Positions 29,700 through 41,739 of a stretch of 64,000 bases of DNA are shown here, one piece after another (the first letter of the stretch is position 1; every line of letters begins with the position of its first letter). Origin of the DNA: Octopus sinensis (Eukaryota); contig NC_043000.1 of NCBI RefSeq assembly GCF_006345805.1, positions 37,572,001 through 37,636,000 of the forward strand. Reading direction: 5' to 3'. The notes under the pieces were generated by a model, which was not told where the DNA came from, made no database searches, and saw only the letters and a list, made by a program, of their open reading frames with translations. Both the position numbers and the translations under genes were made by a program.

Positions 29700-30790
29700 A
29701 TTATGCCCTAGACTGCATGGAAGCCCCGGGAAGCGGAGATATACTGTAAAGACTAGGAGATTGTTGGAGTAGAGTGTCAAGGGCGGCTTGGACTTGGCAA
29801 CTACGGCGCCAAAAAATGGAAAACACCAATAGGAGGAGCAAAAGAGAGCACATAGTACAAAGGATCCGTGATTCAACAGAGGATGATCGCCAGGTGAAGT
29901 CCGCAGGGCTTACCCACCAGGGACAATGGATACAATGGGACCAGGAACTCAACTACCCACTGTCTTGGAAGGAACTCTGGTGCACTGACCAGGGAAGATT
30001 GCTCTTCCTCTTTTGTGCTGTCGGTGACCGTTTGCCAATCCTAAATAACCATTTAAAACGGGGCAAAAAAGAAGAATCCCACTCACTCCTGCAAGCAATG
30101 TGAACCACATTTTGACCTAAATCTTTAAGTCACTAAAGAAAAACCGTTAAATATTGGAAATATAACAAGGACCTTGCAGAAGTCGCCATGTGGGCTAACC
30201 TGCGTAGGTTTAAGGCTAACAAACAACAGCTATCACCGTCCAAAAGGCATCAAATTCCTAAAGAAAGACGGCAAGACTCTCAAGATGAAAGCAATGGTGT
30301 AGGAACTGTTTTCTATTTTGTGATCAGCCTCAGACTAAGGGATGCAAGTGGTCCTTGTTTTTCCCAAAGGAGATAGCGATAGCATCACTCCGACCAGACA
30401 CGTTCCTGCACCCGAGGAGTACAGAACAATTAACTTAGTGGAATGCACAGAGCCCTGAGAGGACAGACTCGATATTTCTCTCCAGCTAACAACAACAACA
30501 ACAACAAATCTATATCAGGACCTGGTCGACGTGGCCCTTGTGAAGCGATGGCACGCAGCCGCATTCCGATTAAAGTTGGCTTTTCAGCGAAATCGGTGCA
30601 CTATTTCTTACAGAAAAGTGTGATATTTCCACTTATCACACTTAATCTAAGAACAATCCAAGGGATAGGTATAGCAACTGAAACAAGCTATGGTTGATAA
30701 GAGACCGCAAGCGGAACCCTGCCGCACCTGAAGTCTAGTTCAATATTCGCTGCGCAACTCAGACGAATCGTAAAGACTAAGGAGTGAAGC
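29700..30790 (+). pseudogene. HERO-like (RLE-type) non-LTR retrotransposon 3' fragment, internally deleted
   Basis: EIVGVECQGRLGLG...QGQWIQWDQ...LSWKELW...RLLFLFCAVGDRLP, a Cys remnant, then PIKVG..FSAKSV. This matches the HERO pattern as recalled. Confidence 0.65.
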
Positions 30791-31226
30791 GCTTATGACT
30801 CTGAGATATCTCCTGACTATACAGAAAGGTTTCCGGTTTAGCAATTGTTTAGAAAAGCTTGCATGCAAAACCTCTGAGTAGCTCTTGAAGTTTCTTCATG
30901 TGGCACAGCATCTCTGATGTTTATTTCACTTTAGACACACGATCTGTGATAGAAAAAGGCAGAATAGTCATGGCTGGAACGCTTTCGACTATATATCTGT
31001 TCACTTAAGGTCACTCTAAAGCTTAACAACAGTCACAACAACAGCAGCAACAGCAACAATAACCTGCCTTTAATCAGAACAAATCTGGAGTTAAGCAACA
31101 TTTCTAATAAGTCAGTTCCCAATTAATTGATGTGAAACAAGACAAGTTACCATTGCCTCGCATTTGAGGGACTCTTTTCATGCTTTTATCTGCTATAAGT
31201 ATTTTGCGCATAATCAAAATATCGTT

Positions 31227-31417
31227 CAATATTTACATTTTTTACATTTGACGGGTATTTGTCCTCATCTTGTTTGTTGTTAACACAGTATTTTGGCTGA
31301 TATACCCTCCAGCCTTCTTCAGGTGTCTTGAGGAAATTTCGAACCTGGGTTCTCATTCCTGAGGTATTTTTCGATGATGATGATGATGTTGTTGTTGTCG
31401 TTGTCGTTGTCATTGTC

Positions 31418-31491
<74 letters not shown>

Positions 31492-31496
31492 CATCA

Positions 31497-31568
<72 letters not shown>

Positions 31569-31778
31569 TATTATTCAAGTCACTGCCTGGAATCGAACTA
31601 ATAATATCGAAAAATACCTTAGGAATGAGAACCCAGGTTCGAAATTTCTCCAAGACACCTGACGAAAGTTGGAGGATATATAAGCCGAAACGTTGTGATA
31701 ACAACAAACACGATGAGGACAAATATCCGTGAAATGTAAATAATGTAAATAATATACATCTCTTAAATATAGAACTGT
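31227..31778. mobile_element. Fold-back non-autonomous Penelope-like insertion: two inverted hammerhead-bearing arms around (ATT)n
   Basis: Arms at 31231-31375 (-) and 31600-31778 (+). A 14-bp direct repeat ATCAAAATATCGTT lies at 31213-31226 and 31779-31792. Confidence 0.75.
31654..31699 (+). ncRNA. Minimal hammerhead motif (family A): core intact, helices weakened
   Basis: GACAC-CTGACGA-aagttggaggatatataagcc-GAAAC-GTT-GTGAT, with an AACGTT palindrome at helix III. Confidence 0.6.
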
Positions 31779-31809
31779 ATCAAAATATCGTTATCAATCT
31801 ATAGTTCGA

Positions 31810-32380
31810 TATCACCTTGATGATCACTTTGACCGACAAGTCCGTCGGGCGTCCATTTGACACCGCTGGTCACAGCACGCTGTCCACTCCTCTCTGGATC
31901 GCGCCTTTCTCATCCACGTGATCCCAATCGTCCTCCTGAAATGGTAACTCCACCGTCGTGGATGCCTTCCGGGTGGTCGTTTCCGCTCGCACAGGTACCA
32001 CTCGACAACTGCGCGGGTCCACTGATTATCGGTGAGCCGGGCGACGTGTCCAGCCCATCTAAACTTGCTGCGTGTATACTCTGCGATGACATCTCTCACG
32101 CCGGACTTCTTTCTGATGATCTCGCTACTGATGTACTCTCCCAACGAGATACCAAGCATTGACCTTTCCATGGCTCTTTGAGCCGTTACCAGTCTCTGCT
32201 CTTCTCTCTTTATAACATTGCAGGTAGAACTGTACTGTTGATGGGGTTGGCGCGGGTGGTCCTGTCCAACCTCCCCTTGAGCACATCCCTTATGCCATTA
32301 AACGCCTTCCATCCGGCCCTTACTCCCGTGAGATCTCCCTTTCGATATCTCGGCACATATTCACTTCCTGAGGAATAGTA
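31810..32380 (-). pseudogene. RTE-clade LINE 3' fragment
   Basis: RAGWKAFNGI...NSTVLPAMLY...MERSMLGISL...KFRWAGHVARLTDNQWTRAVVEW...RKRPPGR.PRRW. Confidence 0.9.
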
Positions 32381-33565
32381 CGATATATATTGATTTATTT
32401 ACGGGACATAACTGTTACAACAAATATCCATAATTATTTCCCCGTAAAATAGAAGTTTCCACCACTTCTTCGTTCCTTCTCACTCACTCGCTCACTCGCT
32501 CACTCACTCACTCGCTCATTCACTCACTCACTCACTCATTCACTCACTCGCTCACTCACTCTGTCTCTCTCCGCTTCTCCATCTGTTGTTACGAGTGCGA
32601 AGTGTGCGCCTGTTTGGTGCGGAATGTGAGTGTGTATGAATGTATGTGTGTACATGTGTGTGTGTGTGTGTGTGTTCGGGTATGCGCACGTGTGCGTTTA
32701 ATGCGCATCTTTATATTCGTGAATATATGTGTACCCATCTGTGTGCACACGTGTAAGTGTGTAAATGTACGTATGAGTGTGTATGTTCGCCTCGGTGTGT
32801 TTGTGTGTGTGTGTGTGTGCGTGTATGAGTGTGCGTGTGTGTGTATTTGTGTGTGTGTGTGTGTTTGTGTGTGTGTGCACGCGCTTGCTTGCATGCATGC
32901 CTATTTTGCGTGTGCCTGTGGTTATTTGTACATATAAAAAGCAGAGAATTTGCTAATGGGACTTACCTCCCTTGGACTGTCTTAATTCAAGATGTAATTT
33001 TAAAGCCGTTCTCAGCTTGAAAAGCACAGCGGACAATGTGTGAGTGCATCCGAGGGTATGCAGAGGGGTATGGCTGAAGGAGGAGAAACAATATAAATCG
33101 TCCGCGTTTAGTTCCGTCCTTTCTATTCAGATTCTACTGGGATCAACTTCGCTTGTCATCCTTGCAGTTAAATACAGAGGCGTTAAATGGTGAAACGATT
33201 TTGACATCAAATCAATGCGAGATATTTTCCTCTTTCACTTCATTATTATTATTATTATTATTATTATATTATTATTATATTATTATTATTATTATTATTA
33301 TTATTATCATCATCATCATCATTATTATTATTGCGTTTGCACAGCTTCTAACGCTGGAGATGTACTACGGTGTCAGCTGTTCACTACCAGTGAACTAAGG
33401 TAACACCTCTTATTTTTCCAGCACCCGGAGTATTCCGGAGTATTCGAGTAGTTCCAAGCAGTGCTGCTTTCTGCAAGTGCACCACCCTTATTGCAGTCCC
33501 TATTTGTTCCATGTACTTCTCGAGATTTTTACACACTGTTCCCAGAGCTCCAACAATTATTGGTA

Positions 33566-36452
33566 GGGGAGACCGGGGCAAGTTGACACATTTTCTCTAG
33601 AGAAAATGCGAAACTACTTTCGGACGATTTAATGACATCATTGAGGTGCTGTTAGTATAAGCTTCCTCCTCATTTGATTTCGTCACCGTTGTGAGAGTTT
33701 GTCTGCTACACACGGACAGCATTGGAATTTTCCACTTGGTAAATTATTTTCGACATTTTTGACAATTAGTTATTTTGGATATTGTTTAAGACTGCATTAT
33801 GTGTATTAAACCTTAAGGAGTTAGTAAAATATCTCTCACGACCCTATACAAATGGATTCTTGCGAAACCCTAGTGGTTTTCTCTCAGTGTTTTCATTTAT
33901 GAGGGAAATGGGGTCCGGGCAAGTTGACACATGTAAACAGGGGAACATTGACACAGTGTGTCAGCTTGCCCCAGCCTTTGATAAAGTTGTTGTAGGTTAC
34001 TTACATTGATTCACAGACTGTGTCTATCCCATTTTAACTAAGAGTGTTTGCTATTTGATTCATATCTGGTACATTGGATCAATTCATTGAGTAATTTATG
34101 TATTGCTTGCTATAGTTTTAGATCAGCTATCTTTATCTATACCAACCTATTCTATCTTCATACAGCTACCTACTTAGTCAACAGCTTGTATACTGCCTCA
34201 GCTTTGTAACCTGTACCACTGATTTATAAGCATGAAGTTATGCCGTGACCAGGCATGCTTCAAACTATAAAGTAGGTAAACACTCAGAGCTTCGTTTTGC
34301 TTTCACTATTGGATTATGCAATGAGCTAAATTGCTATTTTTTCTCCTCTCTCTTTATAGACCTAGATCTACAATTGTCATGGTGCGACAAACGCAAAAGC
34401 GAGAGGGCAACCCTTCCACAGAATGTAATCCAACAGGCTATTCAACAGGTTCGAGCTCGTGTCATCTCCTTGCATGAAGATTCGAGGACATTTGGCATCT
34501 ATTTAAAATCTCTGTTTCGCTACTGCACCAAGGCCGCTGAAGCAAACAACGACCACAGTCTTTGTGGATACAAAAAGCCACGGCAAGTTCTCACCGACGA
34601 GTTCGAGAATCATTTAGAGGCTTATGTTTTGGCTGCCGCAGAAATTTACTATGGGCTTGCTCCAAAGGATGTGCGGAAATTGGCTTTTCAGATGGCAAAG
34701 GCACATGGATGTAATATCCCTCCAACCTGGCATGAGACAGAAATAGCAGGTGAAGACTGGTTCTCTGGATATCTTCAACGACACAAGAATTTATCCATAA
34801 GAAGTCCACAGGCAACAAGCTTGGCACGAGCAGCAAGTTTCAACAAGACAAATGTTGCTATGTTTTTCAACCAGCTTGCTGAAGTGATGCTTCGAGATAA
34901 ATTTGATCCATTCAATATCTACAACATGGATGAAACTGGCAAAACAACTGTGCAGCGCCCCGATATAATTATTGCCAGAAAAGAAACAAAGCAAGTGGGA
35001 AAATGACAAGTGCGAAGAGGGGAACTCGGGTCACATTGGTATGCTGTGTGAATGCCGCTGGAAACAGCATACCTCCGTATTTTGTTTTTCCCCCGGAAGA
35101 ACTTTAGGCCACATTTCCTGAACAATGGATCATCAGGCAGCGATGGAGGTGCTAATCCATCTGGTTGGATGTGTGAGGAGCAGTTTGTGAAATGCCTTCA
35201 ACACTTTGTGAGGAATGTGAAATGTTCAAAGCAGTCACCGTGCCTTCTCTTGCTGGACAATCACAATTCCCACCTTAGTATCGAGGGGCTGACTTATGCA
35301 TCAGACAATGGCATCACCATGCTTTCTTTCCCACCTCACTGCACACACAGGTTGCAGCCGTTGGACAAAGCAGTCTAGGGACCACTGAAGAAGTACACAA
35401 ACACTGCCATTGACGACTGGCATATCAACCATCTTGGCCAGACCATGACCATTTATGACATTCCGTGTATTGTCAAAACTGCATGGCCATTGACTGCAAC
35501 TCCGACGAACATTCTTACTGGTTTTTCTTCTACAGGAATATGCCATTTTAATCGCAACATTTTCACAGACAGCGACTTTGCACCAAGCTATGTCACCGAC
35601 CGACCGGATCCTGCACTTTCAGCACCTGGGCCTTTAGCACCTGCAACACCTGGGCCTTCAAGCAACATAACTGCCAGGTCTTTTCTTTCACCATTTCAAA
35701 TCCGTCCACTACTCAAAGCAGGCCCTAGGAAAGAATCAACCAGAGGAAGAAAGAAACGTTCTGAAATCCTCACTGACTCGCCGGTTAAAAGAGCAATCAT
35801 AGAAGAAAAGACAAAAAGTAAAAGTAAAAAGAAGACAAACATTGATAAAGGAACGACAGGAAAGGGACTCAGTAAGGGTAGGTGAACGAAGGGAAAAGGT
35901 CCAATTGTTAAGAAAAAAGTTCAAATTCAAGAAAGTGATACCTCTGATGAGGAAGAGTGCTATTGCTTAGTATGCTGCGAGCCTTTTTTCCAACAGCACA
36001 GGAAGGGAAGTGTGGCTTCAATGCTCAGATTGTAAAGGTTGGGCTCACGATGCATGTACACCATGTCTGACAATATTCACATGTCCAAATTGTGACTCTG
36101 ATGAAGATATGTAATGAAACCATAATAAAAGCCCTTGATCAAACCAACAAGCTTATATCATGTGTTTCTGTCCACTAACATGTATGTTCCAAGAAAATGC
36201 ATTCATGTGTCAACATACCCCATTATATGTGTCAACTTGCCCCGGTATCGGGGCAAGTCGACACATTTAAGTGGTCTTAGAAAATGCACAAAATATAAAT
36301 CCAGACAATAAGCAGATGAGATCTCTAGCTTTGTAAGACTTCTGCTATGGTTGATTTATGCGTGTCATACAAGATGCAGTAGAATGCATTAAATAGGATT
36401 GCTCTGTCAGTGAAAATGTAAAATATGTAATCAACTAACACCGGTCAACCCC
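33566..36452 (+). mobile_element. Full-length pogo-superfamily (Fot-like, DD35D) DNA transposon, 2887 bp
   Basis: TA duplications at 33564-65 and 36453-54. Imperfect TIRs GGGGAGACCGGGGCAAGTTG and reverse-complement GGGGTTGACCGGTGTTAGTTG. Subterminal GGGGCAAGTTGACACAT repeats at ~33575, ~33916 and ~36230-36270. Confidence 0.92.
34379..36114 (+). pseudogene. Disrupted pogo transposase: HTH-psq and CENP-B-type HTH, DDE_1 domain, C-terminal PHD finger
   Basis: IYNMDETG, LLLLDNHNSH and HRLQPLDKAV (35 residues between D2 and D3); C-terminal CLVC...WLQCSDCKGWAHDAC...CPNC. Frameshifts near 34390, 35010 and 35990, and a TAG at 35376-35378. Confidence 0.9.
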
Positions 36453-36540
36453 TACCAATACCACGTTTTTCATCGACCACAACTGCTTTACCTCCCAAGC
36501 TAACTTGTCGTACCTATCGACTTTATCATCATCATCATCA

Positions 36541-36646
<106 letters not shown>

Positions 36647-36647
36647 G

Positions 36648-37015
36648 TGACGGTGGTGTGCTGGCAGGATCGTTTGTACGCCGGGCGAAATGCTTAGCGA
36701 TATTTCGTCTGCCGTTACGTTCCGAGTTCGAATTCCGCCGAGATCGACTTTACCTTTCATCCTTTCGGGGTCGTATAAATAAGTACCAGTTACGCACTGG
36801 GGTCGATCTAATCGTCTTAATCCGTTTGTCTGTCCTTGTTTTCTCCCTCTGTGTGTAGCCCCTTGTGGGTAGTAACAAAATAGGTATTTCGCCCATCGTT
36901 ACTGTCTGAGTTCAAATTCCTTCGAGGTCAACTTTAATTTTTATCCTTTCGGGGTCGATAAATTAAGTACCAGTTGAACACTGGGGTCGATGTAATCGAC
37001 TCATCCCCACCTCTT
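36648..37015 (+). mobile_element. tRNA-derived SINE (ctggcag...gagttcgaattcc...ggggtcgat family)
   Basis: B box GAGTTCGAATTCC. Related copies at 38530-38700 (-), 41740-42600 (+) and 42700-43100 (-). Confidence 0.75.
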
Positions 37016-37129
37016 CCAAACTTTTAATGTACGAACTTGTAGACACTATCAGCTTTCATGTATACCACCTTCGAAATCACGAACAAAAATACTCTATTGT
37101 AGCAGTCTGATAGCTAGAGATCCTGAATT

Positions 37130-38520
37130 GTTCAAATGCCGAGAAGTTTTCTATTCATGAACTGATTCTTTGATATTGAAACGTTTTTGTAACTTTGGGA
37201 GGAAAGGACAGGGCTGTGCACGTGACCTTTTGTAGACGCTCTATGACCGTCGTTACTGATGGTGTTAATGTTCCATTTAAACTGTCGTAGGTGAACAGCT
37301 TCAAGAAGAACATAACCAAAGAGAAGATTCCAGAGGGTTGATGTTTTGGCGAGAAGGGCCTGAAAAGAATGGTTAGTAAGGGGCCGAGAGGTGTAGGTCC
37401 ACCATAAGTGACGAAGATGGATAGACGAGGGCTAGGAGTACTTGGGTGGTGAGAGTGATAGGGTCAAGCAGCTCTGAGGCACAAAAGCTAATACAATAGC
37501 GAAAGGCAGCGAGAAGATGGTTCCTTTGTACAATTAGTCGAATGATCCTTTCCTAGATTCAGTCTAGGATTCTTGTGTGCGTTGTAGCAGCACGGGAGTG
37601 GGAGCAGTCTTTCATTGTGGGCCTCACTTGGTCCTTGTAGCGCGTCAGCAGCTGTTGTGGTTGAAATATTCTCTAGCCCTTGGTAGTCTTTATGATGTGG
37701 CCGAGCTATGTTTTTAGAGAAAAATTCGCCATAAACATTTTAGTCGTAGGAAATTTTCGCTGTAAAAAAACAAAAAAGTAAATTGAAAAAAAATGTAAAT
37801 AAAATAAAGATTAGCTGTTTTCTTAAAATGGGAACTTCATTAACCAACTTACCAATTTGGGAAATATAATTTTAAAAAATAAGTTATTTAGTTTACAGTC
37901 TGCTTTGTGTGCCTCCTTCGCGGCGAAGTTTCCTAAGTCAAATTTTCTCACGGCAAAAATGTCTGTGGTGAATTTTCTCGACACGATTAACAGTGAGCTT
38001 TTGTCAGGAAGGCACCTTGGTGATAGTGAGGTCCAGCATTTGGAGCGACCGTGAGGACTTTAGCTGAGTGTCCCTGTTGTTTAGGCGGTGTGGTGCGGGG
38101 GTGTTTTCTTAATGTTTTGTGCTTGAGATTGTTGCTGTTAAAAGGACAGAGTTGTTAGGTTACAACTGAAGTTTCTCGCGAAGTCTCTATTTATGGAATC
38201 CGTGCAGAGTTGGCGTGTGGTGAACATGGCTGTGTGTGGATGATTCTTTGAGGCGGGAAGTTTTGGACGACTGAAGTGTCATGTAATCTACATAAGAGTG
38301 GGTGGGCAGTAGGTCGTTGATGTATAGAAGGGAGAGAGTGGGTGGGGCCAAAACCAGATCCTGGGAGACACCAGAGTTGAGTGGAAGTGAGGCAGAAAAA
38401 GTTTCGGCAACACATACTGCAATAGTGCGCTCAGATAGGAAGTTACCGATCCAAGAGACGAGTGACGGGTGAAGTTCATAGGCGGGAAATATTGGTTTCA
38501 AATTTTAGCACAAGGCCAGC
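37130..38520 (-). pseudogene. Decayed CR1/L2/Jockey-type LINE RT fragment
   Basis: LVSWIGNFLSERTIAVCV...LNSGVSQDLVLAPPTLSLLYINDLL at 38190-38500. Confidence 0.75.
37716..37985. mobile_element. MITE-like insert with ~45-bp imperfect TIRs inside the LINE
   Basis: agagaaaaattcgccataaacattttagtcgtaggaaatttt versus reverse-complement cgagaaaattcaccacagacatttttgccgtgagaaaattt. Confidence 0.55.
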
Positions 38521-38769
38521 AATTTCTGGGGAGGTGGTAAGTTGATTACATCGACCCTAGTGTTCAACTGGTACTTATTTTATCGACCTCGAAACGATGA
38601 AAGGCAAAGTCGACGGAATTTGAATTCAGAACGTGAAGACGGACGAAATACTGCTAAGCATTTTTCCCGGTGTGCTGACGATTGCACCAGCACGCCGCTT
38701 TACGGACAAGAAATATCGATAAGAGATTTTCATACTAAACATGGTCGAAGGATTTACTGTTTCTCATTT

Positions 38770-39172
38770 GTTTTTACTTGTTTCAGTCATTTGACTGCGA
38801 CCATGCTGGAGCACCGCCTTTAGTCGAGCAATTCAACCCCCGGACTTATTCTTTGAAAGCTTAGTACTTATTCTATTGGTCATTTTTGTCGAACCGCTAA
38901 GTTACGGGGACGTTAACACACCACCGTCGGCTGTCAAGCGATGTTGGGGGACAAACAAAGATACACAAATATATACACACACATACATATATACATATAT
39001 ATATATACGACGGGCTTCTTTCAGTTTCCGTCTACCAAATCCACTCAGAAGGCTTTGGTCGATCCGTGGCTTATAGTAGAAGACACTTGGCCAAGGTGCC
39101 CCGCAGTGGGACTGAACACCTGAACCATGTGGTTGGTAAGCAAGCTACTTAGCATCCAGCCACTCCTGCGCC
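38770..39172 (-). mobile_element. Nearly complete CORE-type SINE
   Basis: Head, CORE-like segment, microsatellite linker and tail are all present. Confidence 0.85.
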
Positions 39173-39192
39173 TATAAAGGCAGCGTTAACGT

Positions 39193-39264
39193 CTCCTCGG
39201 CGGGGAACGGAACCCCGGTCTCCCGCATGACAGGCGGAGATACTTACCATTATACTACTGAGGA
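39193..39264 (-). tRNA. tRNA-Asp(GTC), probable pseudogene
   Basis: TCCTCAG-TA-GTATAATGGTAAGTAT-C-TCCGC-CTGTCAT-GCGGG-AGAC-CGGGG-TTCCGTT-CCCCG-CCGAGGA-G. The 72-nt cloverleaf has an A6-C67 mismatch, and the T-loop is TTCCGTT, so the invariant A58 is lost. Confidence 0.85.
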
Positions 39265-39714
39265 GACGGTAGTATAATGGTAGCAGGTCACCAGCTAAAA
39301 TTCTAAGTCGTTGCTCTCATTTAAATCTCTTTACCATAAAGATTCCCTGTGATCGCTTGGGTAGGAGACGGTAATATTATGCTTAGATCGATATTGTGTC
39401 CACCCTAGTTCTATGTTTATATTGTATAGCCAGCTGTATGGCTAAGAAATTCGCTTTGCAACCACGTGATTTTGAAGGTCCAGTCCCACTGTGCAGTCAA
39501 ATATCTTCTGCCAACCAATGCCTTAAGAATGAATCTGGCAAACAAAAACTCCGAGGAAGCCTGTCGAACACATGTATGCATGTTTGTATTTATCTACCCA
39601 ACCGTTTCAAAACCTGTGTTGGTTTCACTACGCCCACTAACTTAGTGGTTCGGCGAAAGAGGATCGATATAATAAGTGGCAAACTTAAAACATGAGTACT
39701 GAAGTCGATTTTAC

Positions 39715-39875
39715 AGTTCTATATTAAAGAAGTGAGGAATTAAGTACATTATTTACATTTGACGGATATTTGTCCTTATCTTGTTTGTTGTTAACACAAT
39801 GAACCTCCAGCCTTCATCAGGTGTCTTGAGAAAATTTCGAACCTTGGTACTCATTCCTGAGGTATTTTTTCGATA
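39715..39875 (-). mobile_element. Family A Penelope-like tail with the GAAAC half of the hammerhead deleted
   Basis: Same sequence as the 31231-31375 arm but lacking cgtttcggctgatata. Confidence 0.75.
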
Positions 39876-39928
<53 letters not shown>

Positions 39929-39929
39929 G

Positions 39930-40498
39930 AGTGAGAGAGCAGTGCATGACATCAAAGTGACACTGGGGTACAAATATACGAAGCCCAGTATACCCATCAT
40001 GACTACCCGTCTGATAAGGGTACACCAGGCACATGCATCTCAACCATATGTGCGCGACATGGTGATCTCATAACAAGATAAACAGCGCATGACCTTGCGG
40101 GTGGGGCCCAGTTAGAATTTTCTTCTGTTTGGGTAACCCATCCCACTCAAAAGGTCCCTGATTAAGGGTTGTTTAAGGATGTTGAATGAAACACCCATGT
40201 TTCCAGAGGTGAATCATTCAAACCCCAAAGAATCCCTCTCAACACATGGCTATGATGCTTCCCCACTACTTCTACTCATGATCAGAGATGCACATATCGT
40301 CAGCCACTAAGGGACATGCTCAACTGGTTACGGTCAAACAACTGACAAGCAAATCTGTGGTATTGAGCAGAATATTTGCTGTAGCCCATCTTTTATACCA
40401 AGACAAAACAATGTACATGATAACACTTCCAGTCAGTTAAGATCAGAAGCCATGAGAGCCGTTAGAAGCCATGAGAGCCGTCAGAAGCCATGAGAGCC
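39930..40498 (+). mobile_element. Interspersed repeat ending in a triplicated 19-bp unit
   Basis: T(C/T)AGAAGCCATGAGAGCCG x3 at 40443-40498, followed by (CTT)n. Confidence 0.5.
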
Positions 40499-40512
40499 TT
40501 CTTCTTCTTCTT

Positions 40513-40539
<27 letters not shown>

Positions 40540-40607
<68 letters not shown>

Positions 40608-40768
40608 CATTATTATTATTATTATCATTATTATTATTATTGTCATCATCATTATTATTATTATTATTATAGTCATCATCATCATTATTATTATTATTAT
40701 TGTCATCATTATTATTATTATTATTATTATTATTGTCATCATCATCATCATTATTATTATTATTATTA

Positions 40769-40836
<68 letters not shown>

Positions 40837-41500
40837 TATGTTTGACTTTTGCTTTATGTTTGTACAAGTTGGCTCCATGTCTCATCCAGAGACCTCAAGA
40901 GACAACAGGTTGGAAATTCACGTTGCTGTTATGCCTAGTGTGCCATATATTTGGGGTTTTTTTTTGGTGTTGTACTAGTGAATGTCTAATAAATAAATTT
41001 AAAAAAAAAGTTTGTTTTAAACCTTGAGATTACATAGAGAGTATTTTGCGTAGGATATGAGCAGTTCCCATGAGCACTATCTTTTGAATTTCTGCCATTT
41101 TGGGGTTTCCTGGTATCTGAGTTAGGTAGCAATCAGTCCCTTTCGCTATCATTCCCAGGGCACCTATGACAACAGGTATTGTTTTAGTATTCAGGTTTCA
41201 CATTTTGCTGATTTCTATTTCAAGATCTTTATATTTGCTCAGTTTTTGGTAGGTCTTGACAGATACGTTTATATCGATTGGGACAGTCATATCAATGAGG
41301 AGGCATGTTCTCTGTCTGAAGTCTTTCAATATGATGTCTGGCCTGTTTGCATCTATCTTTCTGTCAGTTTGAATGGTGAAGTTCCAGAGGAGTGAGATGT
41401 AGTCATTTTCAAGCACTGGGGGTGGATTGTGTTCCCACCAGTTTTTTTCATGGGGTAAATCCAGGTTTTTGCAAATTACCCAGTGAATATATTGTGCAGC
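40540..41500 (-). pseudogene. 5'-truncated R4/Dong-like LINE with 3' UTR and (TAA)n tail
   Basis: LLWNFTIQTDRKIDANRPDIILKD...CLLIDMTVP...KLSKYKDLEIEISKM*...TIPVVIGALG...IQKIVLMGTAHILRKILS. Confidence 0.9.
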
Positions 41501-41508
41501 TTATTATC

Positions 41509-41614
<106 letters not shown>

Positions 41615-41674
41615 TCATTGCCTGGAATCGAACTAATAACATCAAAAAATACCTCAAGTTCGAAATTTCCCCAA

Positions 41675-41712
41675 GACACCTGATGAAGGCTGGAGGGTAT
41701 ATCAGCCGAAAC
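41675..41712 (+). ncRNA. Family A hammerhead 5' portion with a perfect stem II, truncated right after GAAAC
   Basis: GACAC-CTGATGA-A-GGCTG-GAGGGTATAT-CAGCC-GAAAC, followed by unrelated sequence. Confidence 0.6.
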
Positions 41713-41739
41713 TTTGACCTTGCATCTAAATCAGAAACT

